Position numbers and translations under genes: made by a program. A stretch of DNA of 63,148 bases, filler included, from Sphacelaria rigidula (taxonomy: Eukaryota), in assembly GCA_964200075.2 (NCBI GenBank). It is 8 parts of 8 records of this genome, joined end to end, with 100 filler letters (N's around TTAATTAATTAA, not from the genome) between each part and the next. Parts side by side here need not be neighbours in the genome. Positions count along the whole stretch, not along the records: positions 47,439 to 55,243 come from CAXNAA020013397.1; positions 55,344 to 63,148 come from CAXNAA020013398.1; 6 more parts are not named here. One strand, 5' to 3'. Positions 51,531 to 63,148 of the stretch are shown here, one piece after another; the stretch's first letter is position 1; every line of letters starts with the position of its first letter. Under the pieces are notes generated by a model. That model was not told the DNA's origin, ran no database searches, and saw nothing but the letters and a program-made list of their open reading frames with translations.

Positions 51531-52098
51531 TGGAAGACACAGCTCCGCAGGAACGCATTTGGGCGCAAACGCCACTGGCACTTTATTTGCCGACCGATGC
51601 GCCGCTAATGCCACTTGACGCCACGGCTGCGCAAGCTGCGCAGGCGAACACACCCCGGCAGGTTGAAACGGCACCACCGGCGGGTACGATCCCCAGCCAG
51701 AAGACCAAGAATTTGGCGAACTGTTGTGGTCTGACCGCGAGGTGATAAGGGTGTCAATCTCACGGAACATACCAGGCCAGGGGTTGCACGGAGCAAGCAG
51801 CTGGCCGCAATGAATTATTGCAGTCGAGTGGAGTGACTCTCCAGCTCGTGGCTGACAGATCCTTGAGTCCGAACCAGCACTGCATCATAAGGCGAAAACC
51901 AGAATCACTGCCACGTGTAGAGAAGTGCTCTTGGCATGCTTGCGAGCGAGATGTCTCCAGGTGGTGGCTGATAGCTTTGTTATTAGGCTTGCTAGGTAGC
52001 TAAAACGATTGACCGGCCGGGTGGTACTACCGTACTGCAAAACCCGACTGGAATATAACCCGAATAACGTACAGCTGGAATACGACCTATCGCACATA

Positions 52099-53273
52099 TC
52101 ACGCACATCGAGAACGCCTTCTATATATGCGAGTGATATCTGCCGTAACAGAGCCTCCGACCAGCGCATCAGGAGGCGTCGCGCCTGGCGCTGCTGCCGG
52201 TGTCGCCACCGGCGCCACCATCGGCGCCGGCGCAGTGTTCGACACCGTAGAAGTCGGTCCCACCTGCACCGCCCGTTGCGGAGCAGCAGCACCTACAGCG
52301 GCGCCCGACCCACAACCAGACCCATGCTGACGCCTCTGCCTCCGCTGCTGCTGCTGCTGAGAACTCGACTGCGACCCTCCACCGCCGGAGGATCCGCCGC
52401 CGCCACCCCGATTTACTCGTCCTTTGCCCTTGTGTTGACGACACTGACGGCGTGCGGCGAAAGACTGCCCAGACTCTCCACCGAAAGACGTTGGGCAATC
52501 GCGCGCGTAATGGCCGACCTGGCCACAGCGGTGGCAAGTAATATTCGCAGCGCGGCCAGCCGATTTCGAGCCGTGGTTACGCAACGATTTCGGCGAGAAA
52601 GTGGGCGACTGGCCGAAAACCTCTATTTCCCGCCACTCCTTGGCCTCGGTCTCGACGGTGTCCATCACCAGGTAGGGCTCTGCCTTTCAATTATTTTCGT
52701 GCGGCAGCTTGACAAGTACGGCTTGCTTGAATTTTTCCGGCGCCAACCCCTCCACCAAAGCCTTAGTGATTACTGCAGCCGGGCCGGGAATGAACTAACC
52801 ATCGAGGGAACGATATACCAGTACAACGTTCGGAATTTCCGTGAATTACTTCTCCAAATTTTACAGGATGGGCTCCACCCGCTCCAACATCATATTTCCC
52901 CTAGAATCCATGACGACAGCTTTGCCACGGCCGCGGACGCTTGGGTCAGCTCCACCTCGGCGCCCGTTGCATGCCTAGCATGCTTTTTGATCGCCGCAAC
53001 CAATCGCGGCGGGGTGACAGTGCTCTCATTATGCTCCAAACGAGCAAATACTCCATACACGTGGATTGGCACTTCTTGAGCCGTTGACACCACCTGATGC
53101 CACACAGAACCCCCTGCGTTAGCGTGCTCCACACGCTTCTTGTACTCCAAGTACTTCGTATAAAAAGTGCGAGATGCACTCTCTGAGTACCTATCCCCGT
53201 ATTGGGGAGGTCGCAACTCTTCCCGCACGATTACGGGCGTCACGCTAGACGTGCCACACGAGCCGGTCGCCAT
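52099..53273 (-). pseudogene. gag: gag, disrupted, with CCHC zinc knuckle
   Basis: ATG at 53273; frameshift and stops around 52890-52680; zinc knuckle CHRCGQVGHYARDC at 52536-52495. Confidence 0.85.
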
Positions 53274-53583
53274 AGCTGCAACCGGCTACCTGCGAACCTT
53301 TTGCAGGCCAGCGGACCTTCGCGAATTGCACACTTTCTTGCTTTGTCGCCGCACTACACAGTTGTAAGAGCCTCCAAACTCCCGCTACACGCAGCTTCAG
53401 CAAGTTGCCAGTCTGGATCAGTCACAGGCCAGCTGCCTTTCTGCAACCGCCTCCGCTGGAACCCTCTCCACGCGTCCGTGGTTTTTCAGGTTTCCATAGC
53501 TGCCAGGTTCCTCCGCCGAAATCCTCCTAGCAGGTTTTGCTAGGTACTATTTCTAGCACTAACACTGGCATTAATATCGATAC

Positions 53584-53831
53584 TGTGACGCCAGCCAGAA
53601 GAAGAACTGGTGGATCACTGCTGTTGACGAACTCCCCAGTCTTACTGGCCTCAGTTTCAGTTGTCAGCCTTCACAACATGTCATTATCATGGAGTGCTCT
53701 CGTAGGCACAACCTCCTAGACACGCCAGGGTATCATCCCCGTGTCCCCGGTCATTATCCAGGTCATCACTACCAACGGTCATTATCCACATCATCACTAC
53801 CAACTCAACGTCACGGCATAATTTCGTCACA
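53584..53831 (-). repeat. 5' LTR of the Gypsy element
   Basis: TG...CA ends with a 7-bp terminal inverted repeat; about 16 substitutions and no indels versus the other LTR by manual alignment. Confidence 0.93.
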
Positions 53832-55243
53832 GGTTTTATCAGTAGACAAATAAAATCTTCAGTTAGTTGCTTTTGCAAAACTGTTTCACGTAAAATGTGA
53901 TTTTTCAAAAGGTGACTTCAACCCCATTTGAGTGCTCAACCTCATTTTTCAGGATACTTCGTTTAGGAGTATTTCGGACTGTCAGCCACTCAAGATCCGC
54001 ATATCGGTGTTACTCTTAAATCAGGTAATCAACCTATCTGACCACCACTACATAGGCGTTACTGATGTTTTTACTCATCTTTTGTACAGGGTACGGACTT
54101 CCTTCTTCTTTGCACTGGTATCGTCTGCATTGTAACTTTCTAGTAAACCCGACTATATCATTGTCACTGAAACCGTTATACCCAAATGACCGAATTCGCA
54201 TTACTAAACAGGCTATTGGACAGAGGAAACATATATATATATATATATACTAAAAAAATCGTCATGGAAAAAGTAGTGGGGTAAAATCACACTCCCCCCC
54301 ATCATTTGGGGCGGCTGTTATAAAGATAACGTACCGCGTGCGATGCACTTGCTTCCCTCTATTCCGAAACTAGGATATGTGATATTGGGTGGCACCACCT
54401 CACCGAGAGGAGTCTACCCCACTTTAGTCTTACGCCATATATATATATATATATATTCAGAACATAATCAGGCGTCTTGTCGCCCCGTTGCGTGCTGCTA
54501 CAACGCACAGCCCCAGATTCAGCGATATGGGCTTGTTGGCTGTGCCTAACATCACCTGTGACCGAACTTTCAGCGCGTTGCAGCGCCGACTGCGCACGTT
54601 CGGCCGTACCTCCCGAACTGAGCACCTAACTTTGCAGGCGATCTATTATGGCTGACTCAAATATAGATCATCATCATTCTCAGCGTATCCCAATACAGAT
54701 CGGTGTTGTTTGCCAGCGCAGCAGCCGCCCAGCTGCACATAACGAGGAAGCTAGTCTACCAGCGTGTCGAGATATTCATTAGGGGTTAGTCTGGTCTGCG
54801 AGAAAGCCGTGCGTATCGGCGGTACTGCCAAAAATCGCTCACCGCTATGCTACTTGTTGAGCGTAGGCGAAACGTGCCGTCGATTGGGGCACATGCTGCC
54901 TGTCGAGTGTCCAACTAGTGTTCCAACTTTCACGGCTGGTTATCCAACCACGGTGGAGAATTCCAAAAGCAAAGTTGTTAATGAAGAGTGCAATGAATGA
55001 TTGTTGCAATTGGGTGCCCACATAGATCCTTATTTTCCTTACCTCGACGTAAGACTAAATTTTCCGACTCGCTGGACTCCTAGTTTCGAAAATGGTCACT
55101 TCGCGAAAATACACACCCTAGACAATACAAAATGCAACATATATAAATATATATTGCCCGCTCAATATAGAGGGAAATGTACCAATTAAGATACAGAGCC
55201 AATTAAGATACAAGTTTTTTAATCGTTCATATCTCCGCGAAAT

Positions 55244-55343
55244 NNNNNNNNNNNNNNNNNNNNNNNNNNNNNNNNNNNNNNNNNNNNTTAATTAATTAAN
55301 NNNNNNNNNNNNNNNNNNNNNNNNNNNNNNNNNNNNNNNNNNN
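55244..55343. other. Artificial contig linker
   Basis: Same 100-bp linker. Confidence 0.97.
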
Positions 55344-55405
55344 CGGCCGGGCTCCCGCCTGCCGCTGCGGGCCTTGCGGTGGCGTGGGTTGGGGGTGGTG
55401 AAAGT

Positions 55406-55465
<60 letters not shown>

Positions 55466-58400
55466 AAACAAATGCACGAGGAAGTGGTGCCATGTTCCCA
55501 GCACATACAGCAGACAAGCCTGCGACTATCCGTGCATGCCCATTCAGCTCAAACAGTCTCCGAATGCCCATTACTATTTTACATACCGAGGATTTCGCCG
55601 TTTTCGGTCAGCTGAACAGGTACCACAAATTGTATGAAACATGCAGAGGACTTCAGAGACAGGAGTTGCTCCGCTAGCGTAGGGAACAGGCGAGCGGCTG
55701 AAAACGCAAGTGGGCACGTGGCCAAGCTTACGTTCCCTTCTTCATTACCATGTTCCTCCGTCGACTACTGTTGTTGTTGTCTATTAGAGGTATCTCAAAA
55801 CTATTAGAGGTATCTCAAATCGAGGTCCCGGGTATATTTGACTAAATTCCAGGAATCTCGAGTTTGGTGTACCTTCAATAGCGAAGTGAAGGGTCTCTCG
55901 GCATGGTCACCGTCTTCGAACTACCGACTGTATACAGCATCACAGCATGAGGGCAAGGTCTGGGCAAATGAAACCACGCGCCTTGTTGACACTCCGGAGT
56001 ATATTTTTATCCTTTTGGCACGGGAACCCTCACCGATGGACCCTTGATCATCCCCCAAAAAATGTGCAGAAAGCAAAGACTTCGGCTAAATTTAAGACGC
56101 CGAATGACGGGGGTGAGGGATTCGGAACTCCGGGTTTATGCGGAAGAGAGTGTTATCGGGTGAAAGCGAGTTTCATCGGGCGGAAGAGGGCGATATGTAA
56201 ATGCATTAAAACCAAGATGGACCCAGATCGCATTTTTACTTGCTGTGTAAAAGGGGTGGTTTGAAAACTCCGACGGCATAGCATGGATCGAGGAGAGGAA
56301 GGTATCGTACGTCCAACATCGTATTTGCCCATCTTTGTAGCCAGGGACTTTGATGCGAGTGCTTGATGACAGTCAATCCCCAGGGCAGCTTCGACTCGAT
56401 GAGAGCGGTGACGTGTCTTGCATTATTCAAAGGCAATCCTCAGTGGTTTGCCGCCGGCGCTTCGTCGCAGAACACATCGCCCCCAGATAGACACAGCCAA
56501 GCAATGGCCTCTGGCTAGCGGTATTTTGGTCACCACTCACGATCCACTTTGCATTGCCGCATGCACCGCGGTGCCATTATCTGTTGTCCACAGGCTGCTG
56601 TTTGAAAGCTGAGGTCTACACCGTACCTACACGTTGTTCGACTCTGTTTCAGTACAGTACGGTACATTGTGCACACATCCCAGGGGGCTGACAGCCACAG
56701 TATGTACCGAACCGATGTTCGACGCTCGTAGGGTTAATGCCCAATCCGGTATCATTGGTCTTGACTGGTCCCTGCCGTTTTAGCCGCTTATCCCCTTGCT
56801 TCAGTGTTCCATGGCCGTTATTTGTAGGGTTGGACCAGCTGACTTCCAGGAACAGCGGACAGCAATAGTTGAACACGCGTTCGTAATTTTGTGCGTGTCA
56901 CTTTCCTGCTGAGTATTAGTCTCTTACGTCAGTGAGAGGAGCTCTCACACGACCTCCTCCAAGAGAAGAGGGGGGTTCTTGAAACGACGAAGCCCATGGG
57001 TTCAGAATGAGAAGGTTCTAGGGCTTTGAAATCTCGCACATGGCGCATATGAAGGCCGTGCTTGCGCGTGGTGGTATCCTAGTCGTGAGTTGGGCAGAGC
57101 ACTCAAACTGTCGTAGATTTGACAAAACTTGAAGGGGTCGGCTGGTGCGAGCTTCACTTGAACTTCAAGTATGGTGTAACGACCACAAGCTATGGGCATA
57201 TTTCGACACGTGTTTGAATCCTGGCATCGTGCATAACGACCACACATCAAATCTCGCCGCACTTTGCGCACCTCTACGAACGTGAGAGGCTGTGAAGATG
57301 GCCTCAGATGAACGAAGCGGATCTCCTGAGACTGTTTTTGGAGATGTCAAAGTTCGCCCGGAGTAAGGGGTTGTCAAAAACGTCTCCGATAAAGCACCGT
57401 GCAACTGCAGCGAACAACAGTACACAGAGCTGCGGCAATAAGATGTACACTGCATGCATGTGTACACAATTTGCCGCAGTACACTCATGCACAGTACGTA
57501 CTGTGGAGTACAGGCAGTAGAACATGGTCGTAGACACCGGATAGTGCAGCGACCGCTGCTTCCCTCACCGAATGGAAGATAATCATAGTGTGAGGGGGTG
57601 CCGCCGTCTTGGACCATGAACAGTTCCCGAAGCTGTTTTTGTCAAGAAGTTTTGGAGAAGAATTATGTTTTTTCAGCCATGGACGTGGTCGGAAACAGGT
57701 CTAGAAGTGTCGGTCGGTATGATTAAAGCACATGACTGCATCACGTCACACGTACACAACCGAACTCGAACAATGACGCGCACACCGTACAAGATCATCA
57801 CATCTAGCGCTAGTTGTCGTTGATCTATGAAAACTGTTTGTTTCGATCAGCCGCGAACGGATGCAGTGTCATCTGTTTTCCGGCCGCGGCGTCAGAGCGT
57901 CAGCTAAGCTGACGTTTCTTTGTGAAACGACAAAGCAACAAGCCTATTGCTGTTGTCGCTCTATACCCCCACCGGCGCGACTGACCCACGTTCGCCTCAC
58001 AGTGCGGTGGACTGAATACCTCTGACGTTGTCAAGCCTCTGAATAGCGTGAACTTCTATGGATGGCAGGCAAGGCAGGCTTTGAAGTGTCGAGCACGCGC
58101 TTCCCACGGTTGCGCACTACGACCATGTCAAACAAAACACCGGACGTTATTCTGGGCGACAGGTGATTGCGCCGCATTTCTAGCTGAAAAAACGAAGAGG
58201 AATGGCAGAGGTGTGTTCACCACTTGTATCAAAAACGGCACCGATTTTGACGAAAACGCGTTCTGGGCATGCGAGGGGCAGTTGGGGCTGTCAGCCCCCC
58301 TAAAGATCCGAATATCGGTGCAATCAAATCAAGCATTGAGATTCCGGGAAGGGTCTAATGGACCAACTGGTCAACATTACTGAGGGAGGAAGGGAAGGAG

Positions 58401-61400
58401 GTCAAAGTGAAGCTGTGTAAAGCAAAAATGACGTGAAGCTAGCCCCGCGTTTTTTGTTCTTTTCTGCCGTAATTTCTCGCGGCCAAGATTTTTTTTTTAA
58501 ACACCTTTTCATCAGAGCTCATCAGCAGTCTTCTCGTGTTCCATGATACGTGGGCTTTCGAGCGGAGGATGTTTTACCGACTGTAGTGCTCGAGTCGAAG
58601 TAGTCATGTTCCACGGTATCAATTATTTTGAGCCCAGACAAGGAACCGGAAGTCATCCTGGGAAGAGGGGTGATCACAATCAGCTCAGACAGCTGACACA
58701 GCATGCTTGGATCGGCGCAGGAGGAACGTCACGGCACAGACAGATGACAAGCGGTTGCTACTTCAATTGTGCCCCTTACCTCGACTTGATGATTAAATTG
58801 GTACCGACTGTGATCTCAGAACTGCGGGTGCTACTCTGTGCACACGAGTACTGTTGCTGGCCGCGTCTGGCGTGGAACTAGACTTGAACATCACATGACG
58901 TGTCACTTCGTTATATAGGAAGGTGATACTGAAAGTAGAAAATATTCTGCCAGACCTCGGCCATGTGGAAGTTGGCCAATCACCAAAATATTGACGGAAA
59001 AACGCGGATCGGCCTTCCTCTCAGAGAAGAGTATCACAACCACTCCCGTGGCTATGACATTGTTATCATGCCCTGTCCGGAAGTTCTGGTACTACCGGTA
59101 AGATGACGTTGACCCGTTGCCATGTAGATAGGTTGGTCGGAGTCCTTGGCAAAACACACTGGTCGCGAGAGGAGCTTGTCGTCGAGCTGTTGCGCAACTT
59201 GCAGCGGGAACATGGAGCTCCCAACCCTCAAATATCTAACGGAGCCTAAAGGGGTGTTTCTTAGCTGTGCTTCTTCGAAACTTGATCCATAACCGCGCGA
59301 AGGCTTATGGCACAAATGGCAGGGTCCGCTGCTGCCTTCGCGCCCAGTTGATATGGTACCTTTCGCAATTGTAACACGATAGCAATGCTGTATCCACCAT
59401 TTTCAACGTACACCGCGCCCTCAGTGCCCTCAATCATTTGATAGTTTACCCTTCGTAAGTGTCGAATAAAAAAATAGAAACGCAATGCTGGTATCCAGCA
59501 TTTTTCAATGCACACCGCGCCCTCAGCACCTTGCGCCACTGAAGCTGTGACTCTAACACCCGCCTTTGATATCAACCATCGTACCCTAGAAGTTTCGACA
59601 ACATCGCGAGGCGCGCTCTGTGTCGACGCACGACTATAGAAAAAGAAACAAAAAAAATAGTTCCCAGGAAGAGGAATATGAACTATCGTGAGGATTTGTT
59701 CGGCAGATTCTTGATGGCGGTGGGCATCAAATGAACAGAAGGCCGTGCCGTTTCTGAGTATACACTACCGTTTTGTGCCGTACACACCGCAGAACGAGGA
59801 AGCCGGAGCAGCGAGTGGGCTCCTGGGAAAAGGGAGATTTGAGGGAGCAAGCGACGCATGAGGTTGTTCATATTGGGTGGAGCAATGCCTCGTGATGAAG
59901 CCCAGAACTCTAACGGACTGATGTCGCTCTGTCGACAAACCGAACCAATTGTTTTGTGTCGGCGGCGTCACCTTTTTCCCCCCCCTTGACAACGTAGTTA
60001 CATGACAGACGTCCACATCCTTATTATATATAAGCAAGCTATTAGTGCGGGTGCCATGGTTGGCGAGTTCAAGTCTTGGAGGCTTTGAAACAGCGCGAAG
60101 AAGGCTGAGACTCTGCCAGTGCAAGAAATACTCGGAAGAATACAGCGCAACACCTATTGATTCGTTGGGCACAGTGCAGGGCCATGTGAACGATGTGGAG
60201 AAACCCGGATGAGGAAAAACAGCTGGGCACATTATTTCGTTTTCAGCGCGGTTCTGAACCCTTTGACCGTCGGGGTTGGTTATTTGGGTATCACATTCAT
60301 TTTCCGAGTTCAGGTGTGCCGACATAAGACCCGCCCTGGCGGTCAAGGATTAACCTGTTGACCTCCAGCATCGTTTCGGAATAGTATCACCGACTGGTTG
60401 TCCAGGGGTTTCCATGTCTTGGGGGGGAGGGGGGGGGGAGTGTGCAGGTATCCCAATCGGTGGAGAACCCTTCCTTGTCAACAAAGCTCGTTTCCAGGAA
60501 ATTTATTGGGTGGGCAGCAGGCTTAGCCCTTGAACCGCGAGCGTGGTCCATCTGGATTATGCGTAATTTTTTCAAGTAAGTTGATGCCGATTCAACAGAT
60601 AACCTAGTGTTGCCGTCTAAGAACTAGAGTGAAGTGGAGTGACCACTTTGATAGAGTTCTGATTTGTGGAATGATCCGTTCTGTTCCCCTGCAAACCACC
60701 CAATATCGCTCGCCTGGAGCAGGGCAAGCTGTATTTGACCATTTGAGCGGCGATAACTGAACCATTGAAGCGCAGGCAAGAGGAGATGCGTTTTGTTCTC
60801 CATCCATTCTTTGACACCTACCTGCACCTACCTCCGTTACTGTTGCAAGGAGTTTCGCACTGCTGTGTGTATCACCTAGCAGATATTGAAAACTACGTAT
60901 ACCGTACCATGTGCAGTAGACAGCAAGGGCTCTGTACTGTATCGCTTGTTGGCATTTGTAAGCCGGTGTAAGAGTCGATCCGTACCATACACAGCAGAAG
61001 CACGGTGCCATGGTGTACGGTCGATGTTGTGACATGCAGTACAACATGACAGCATGGGGAATAGACTAAATGATTTTTTCTCCCATGGGTTAGAGGGCAA
61101 AATGAAGATAGCGCACTTCTCGGTGCGGGCCGAAGCGCTGCGCGCCGGCTGAGCATTTCTAGAACACGTTTGAGCGCCTCAGGCCCACGTACAAGGTGGT
61201 TGGGCAACATGCCCAACTTATTTTTTAGGCACATGATGACAGGGCTGACTAGGGCGTGAAAACTGTGAGCTTGTCAAGACACCTTCGTATTTTCAACGAA
61301 CGAGATTCAATTCCTTAGCTAAATCAAGTTGTATGATGCCCCCATTTGGTCCACGTGTGTACTCTTTTTTTGTTCAACGGTGAGCCTCTTGCGGACGGCG

Positions 61401-63077
61401 CAGAGGACACCCACCCCCATGTTGTCAATCCACACCTTTCCGAAGAGGTCGAGAAGACCGACGAGCAAGAAATGGTGAAATTGTGGTCTGCAGCTGGTTG
61501 CTCCGCAGATCTCGAGTCAAAGATCCGATGATGTGTGCAGGGTGTGCAGGGTCATGCTGCGGGCCGATCATGTTCCCCTAAATATCTTGAAAAACACGTT
61601 TTGGTTGAGATCGAAATGTGCATGTTTTCGGGAAGAAGAGCCGTTTGCCTAGCAAGGCGGTCCAACCCGCGTGCGATGATTACCTGGATTCCGCTGAGCA
61701 CGTGCGTGCACCGTGCGACCTACTGTGTTAAGCTGTGTTGTTTTGTGTCGTCCTCGAAAGCTCTGAGTTCATGGTTCAAATTTCCCGTGTAACCTTGATT
61801 GCCGCACACAAACGACGTTTTTCTGTTGCACCTTTGTTATGCCAAGTACATGCTCCGCGGTCAGCGGGTTGGTGGACAGTGAGCGTCTCGTGACCGTTCC
61901 TATTCCCTCAGTTTTTTCTACTCTCACCGTCCTGTCCTGTCCTATACCGTGCTGTGTCGCGTCGTACTACACACCTCCCCATGTGTTTTTGTTTTTTCCG
62001 GCCCTTTGCCAACAGACACAGAGCGACATACGCGGCATCTCTATGGAAGGTGTGCCTAGTGACAAGGTGAGGTGTAGACAAGAGGCCGGTTCATGCGGAT
62101 CCGCCTCTCAGATGCTCATGTCGTGAACTCCAGCTGCCGGGTTGTACATTCTAAAACTTGCAAATAGTATTATTCTTGGCTACGTAGTGTGAGTACTACT
62201 TTGCAGGCTTGAATACTTCGCACTGGTGGACTGCACCTGTAAAGTTGTAGGGCCATCCTCGGAACATGTACAGCGGTGTTTTTGCTTGCGGTAAACCGAG
62301 GTGTGCGGAATTTCTCGTTGGCACCCTGTTTTATGGCGATGGTGTTAGATGCGTAAGTCAAGTTTCATGACTTGCAGGTTGAACGATTCAAATTAACAGC
62401 GCTGTTGCAATCAATCAACTTCTTCACAAAAACAACAACCGAAAATGACCTGGCCGTCCAGCATATTGACAGATTCGGTCAGTAAAAGTACCGGCTTTGA
62501 GGCGTGGGCAGGAGCTTTCCCTTGAGGTACTCAGCGAGGTCAATTTCGTTGAAAGTTGGATACGTTGGGTGGCTTGAAGTGGATGAGGACATTTTTGTCC
62601 ATGGAAAACCGTTGGTCCTTTCATCGTGCTCATGCGTACGCCTGCCCCTCTTTCAAAAATGTTTGCTGTTTTTGTTCCTATTTCTTCTCCTTCTGTCAGG
62701 TGAACCTATCCAAAAGAGAAGCGTTTTGCATCGGAGTGGGGTTCGCCAAATGGCTTCGCACTAAAGGTTCGCTGTTGGTTCTCGTACTCACTGGGGGTAT
62801 CAGCGAGTCGGTATATAATCAGTACGGTAGGAGAAGTATACCTGAGGCCACGCAAGCAGTCGAGGATACCTAGCCGTGAGAAGTTAGTGCATCAACAGCG
62901 GTCGATCCGGAGAAAACTGTCAAGCCTTCATGTCAGTACATGCAACAAATGACACGCACCGTATGCATTATCAGCGAAAGTGTTGATGATGTTGTTCGAA
63001 GTTTGCAGCATCATGACGAGCATATTAAGCAGCAGACGGGCGACGCAATGTTACGAACAAGCACTTCTACCGTACCA

Positions 63078-63110
<33 letters not shown>

Positions 63111-63148
63111 ACCACCCCTCCACCGCCTCCCCCCTCCCCGCCCCACCC

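Larger units (their letters stand above)
48196..53831 (-). mobile_element. Ty3/Gypsy (chromovirus-like) LTR retrotransposon, degenerate, RT core deleted, 5636 bp
   Basis: Two 248-bp direct LTRs (TGTGACG...CGTCACA) and a 4-bp TSD GGTT (48192-48195, 53832-53835). Domain order on the minus strand is gag-CCHC, protease, RT start, RNase H, integrase, chromodomain-like. A G-rich PPT-like TTTGGGGGTGC precedes the 3' LTR. Confidence 0.95.
47745..53963. mobile_element. Non-autonomous long-TIR DNA element hosting the Gypsy insertion
   Basis: Imperfect inverted repeats of ~130 bp (47745-47878 vs 53836-53963), flanked by duplicated TAGG(A) at 47741 and 53964. Confidence 0.7.

Noticed and set aside
52009..53079. 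356-aa plus-strand ORF, and the 282-aa ORF at 48831-49679
   Set aside because: Antisense shadows of GC-rich gag and integrase sequence; no independent motifs.
55408..55461. Long poly-G and poly-C tracts (also 63080-63148 and others) as functional G-quadruplexes
   Set aside because: Common throughout and concentrated at contig ends; lengths unreliable and no specific context.

Overview
Repeat-rich eukaryotic DNA, probably brown-algal/stramenopile (inferred from intron style, roughly balanced GC, homopolymer G/C tracts and transposon types). The window is not one locus. It is eight unlinked contigs of 7807, 7807, 7807, 7806, 7806, 7805, 7805 and 7805 bp, joined by 100-bp N44-TTAATTAATTAA-N44 linkers. 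Two host genes are supportable: a complete four-exon ARL3 small GTPase (minus strand, 189 aa, one GC-AG intron) and the 3' part of a gene encoding a SAP-like motif plus ~900 aa of low-complexity, probably disordered sequence. The rest is mostly transposon material. This includes a 5.6-kb Ty3/Gypsy element with a chromodomain-like tail, paired LTRs and a TSD but a deleted RT core, nested inside two other repeats. There are also MULE, pogo-like, LINE and gag remnants, a tRNA-derived SINE-like element, several MITE/foldback families and minisatellites. I found no convincing new biological system. The best leads are the RT-less Gypsy element with a non-canonical primer site, the three-tier nesting, the 7-bp-TSD element and the uncharacterised SAP gene.
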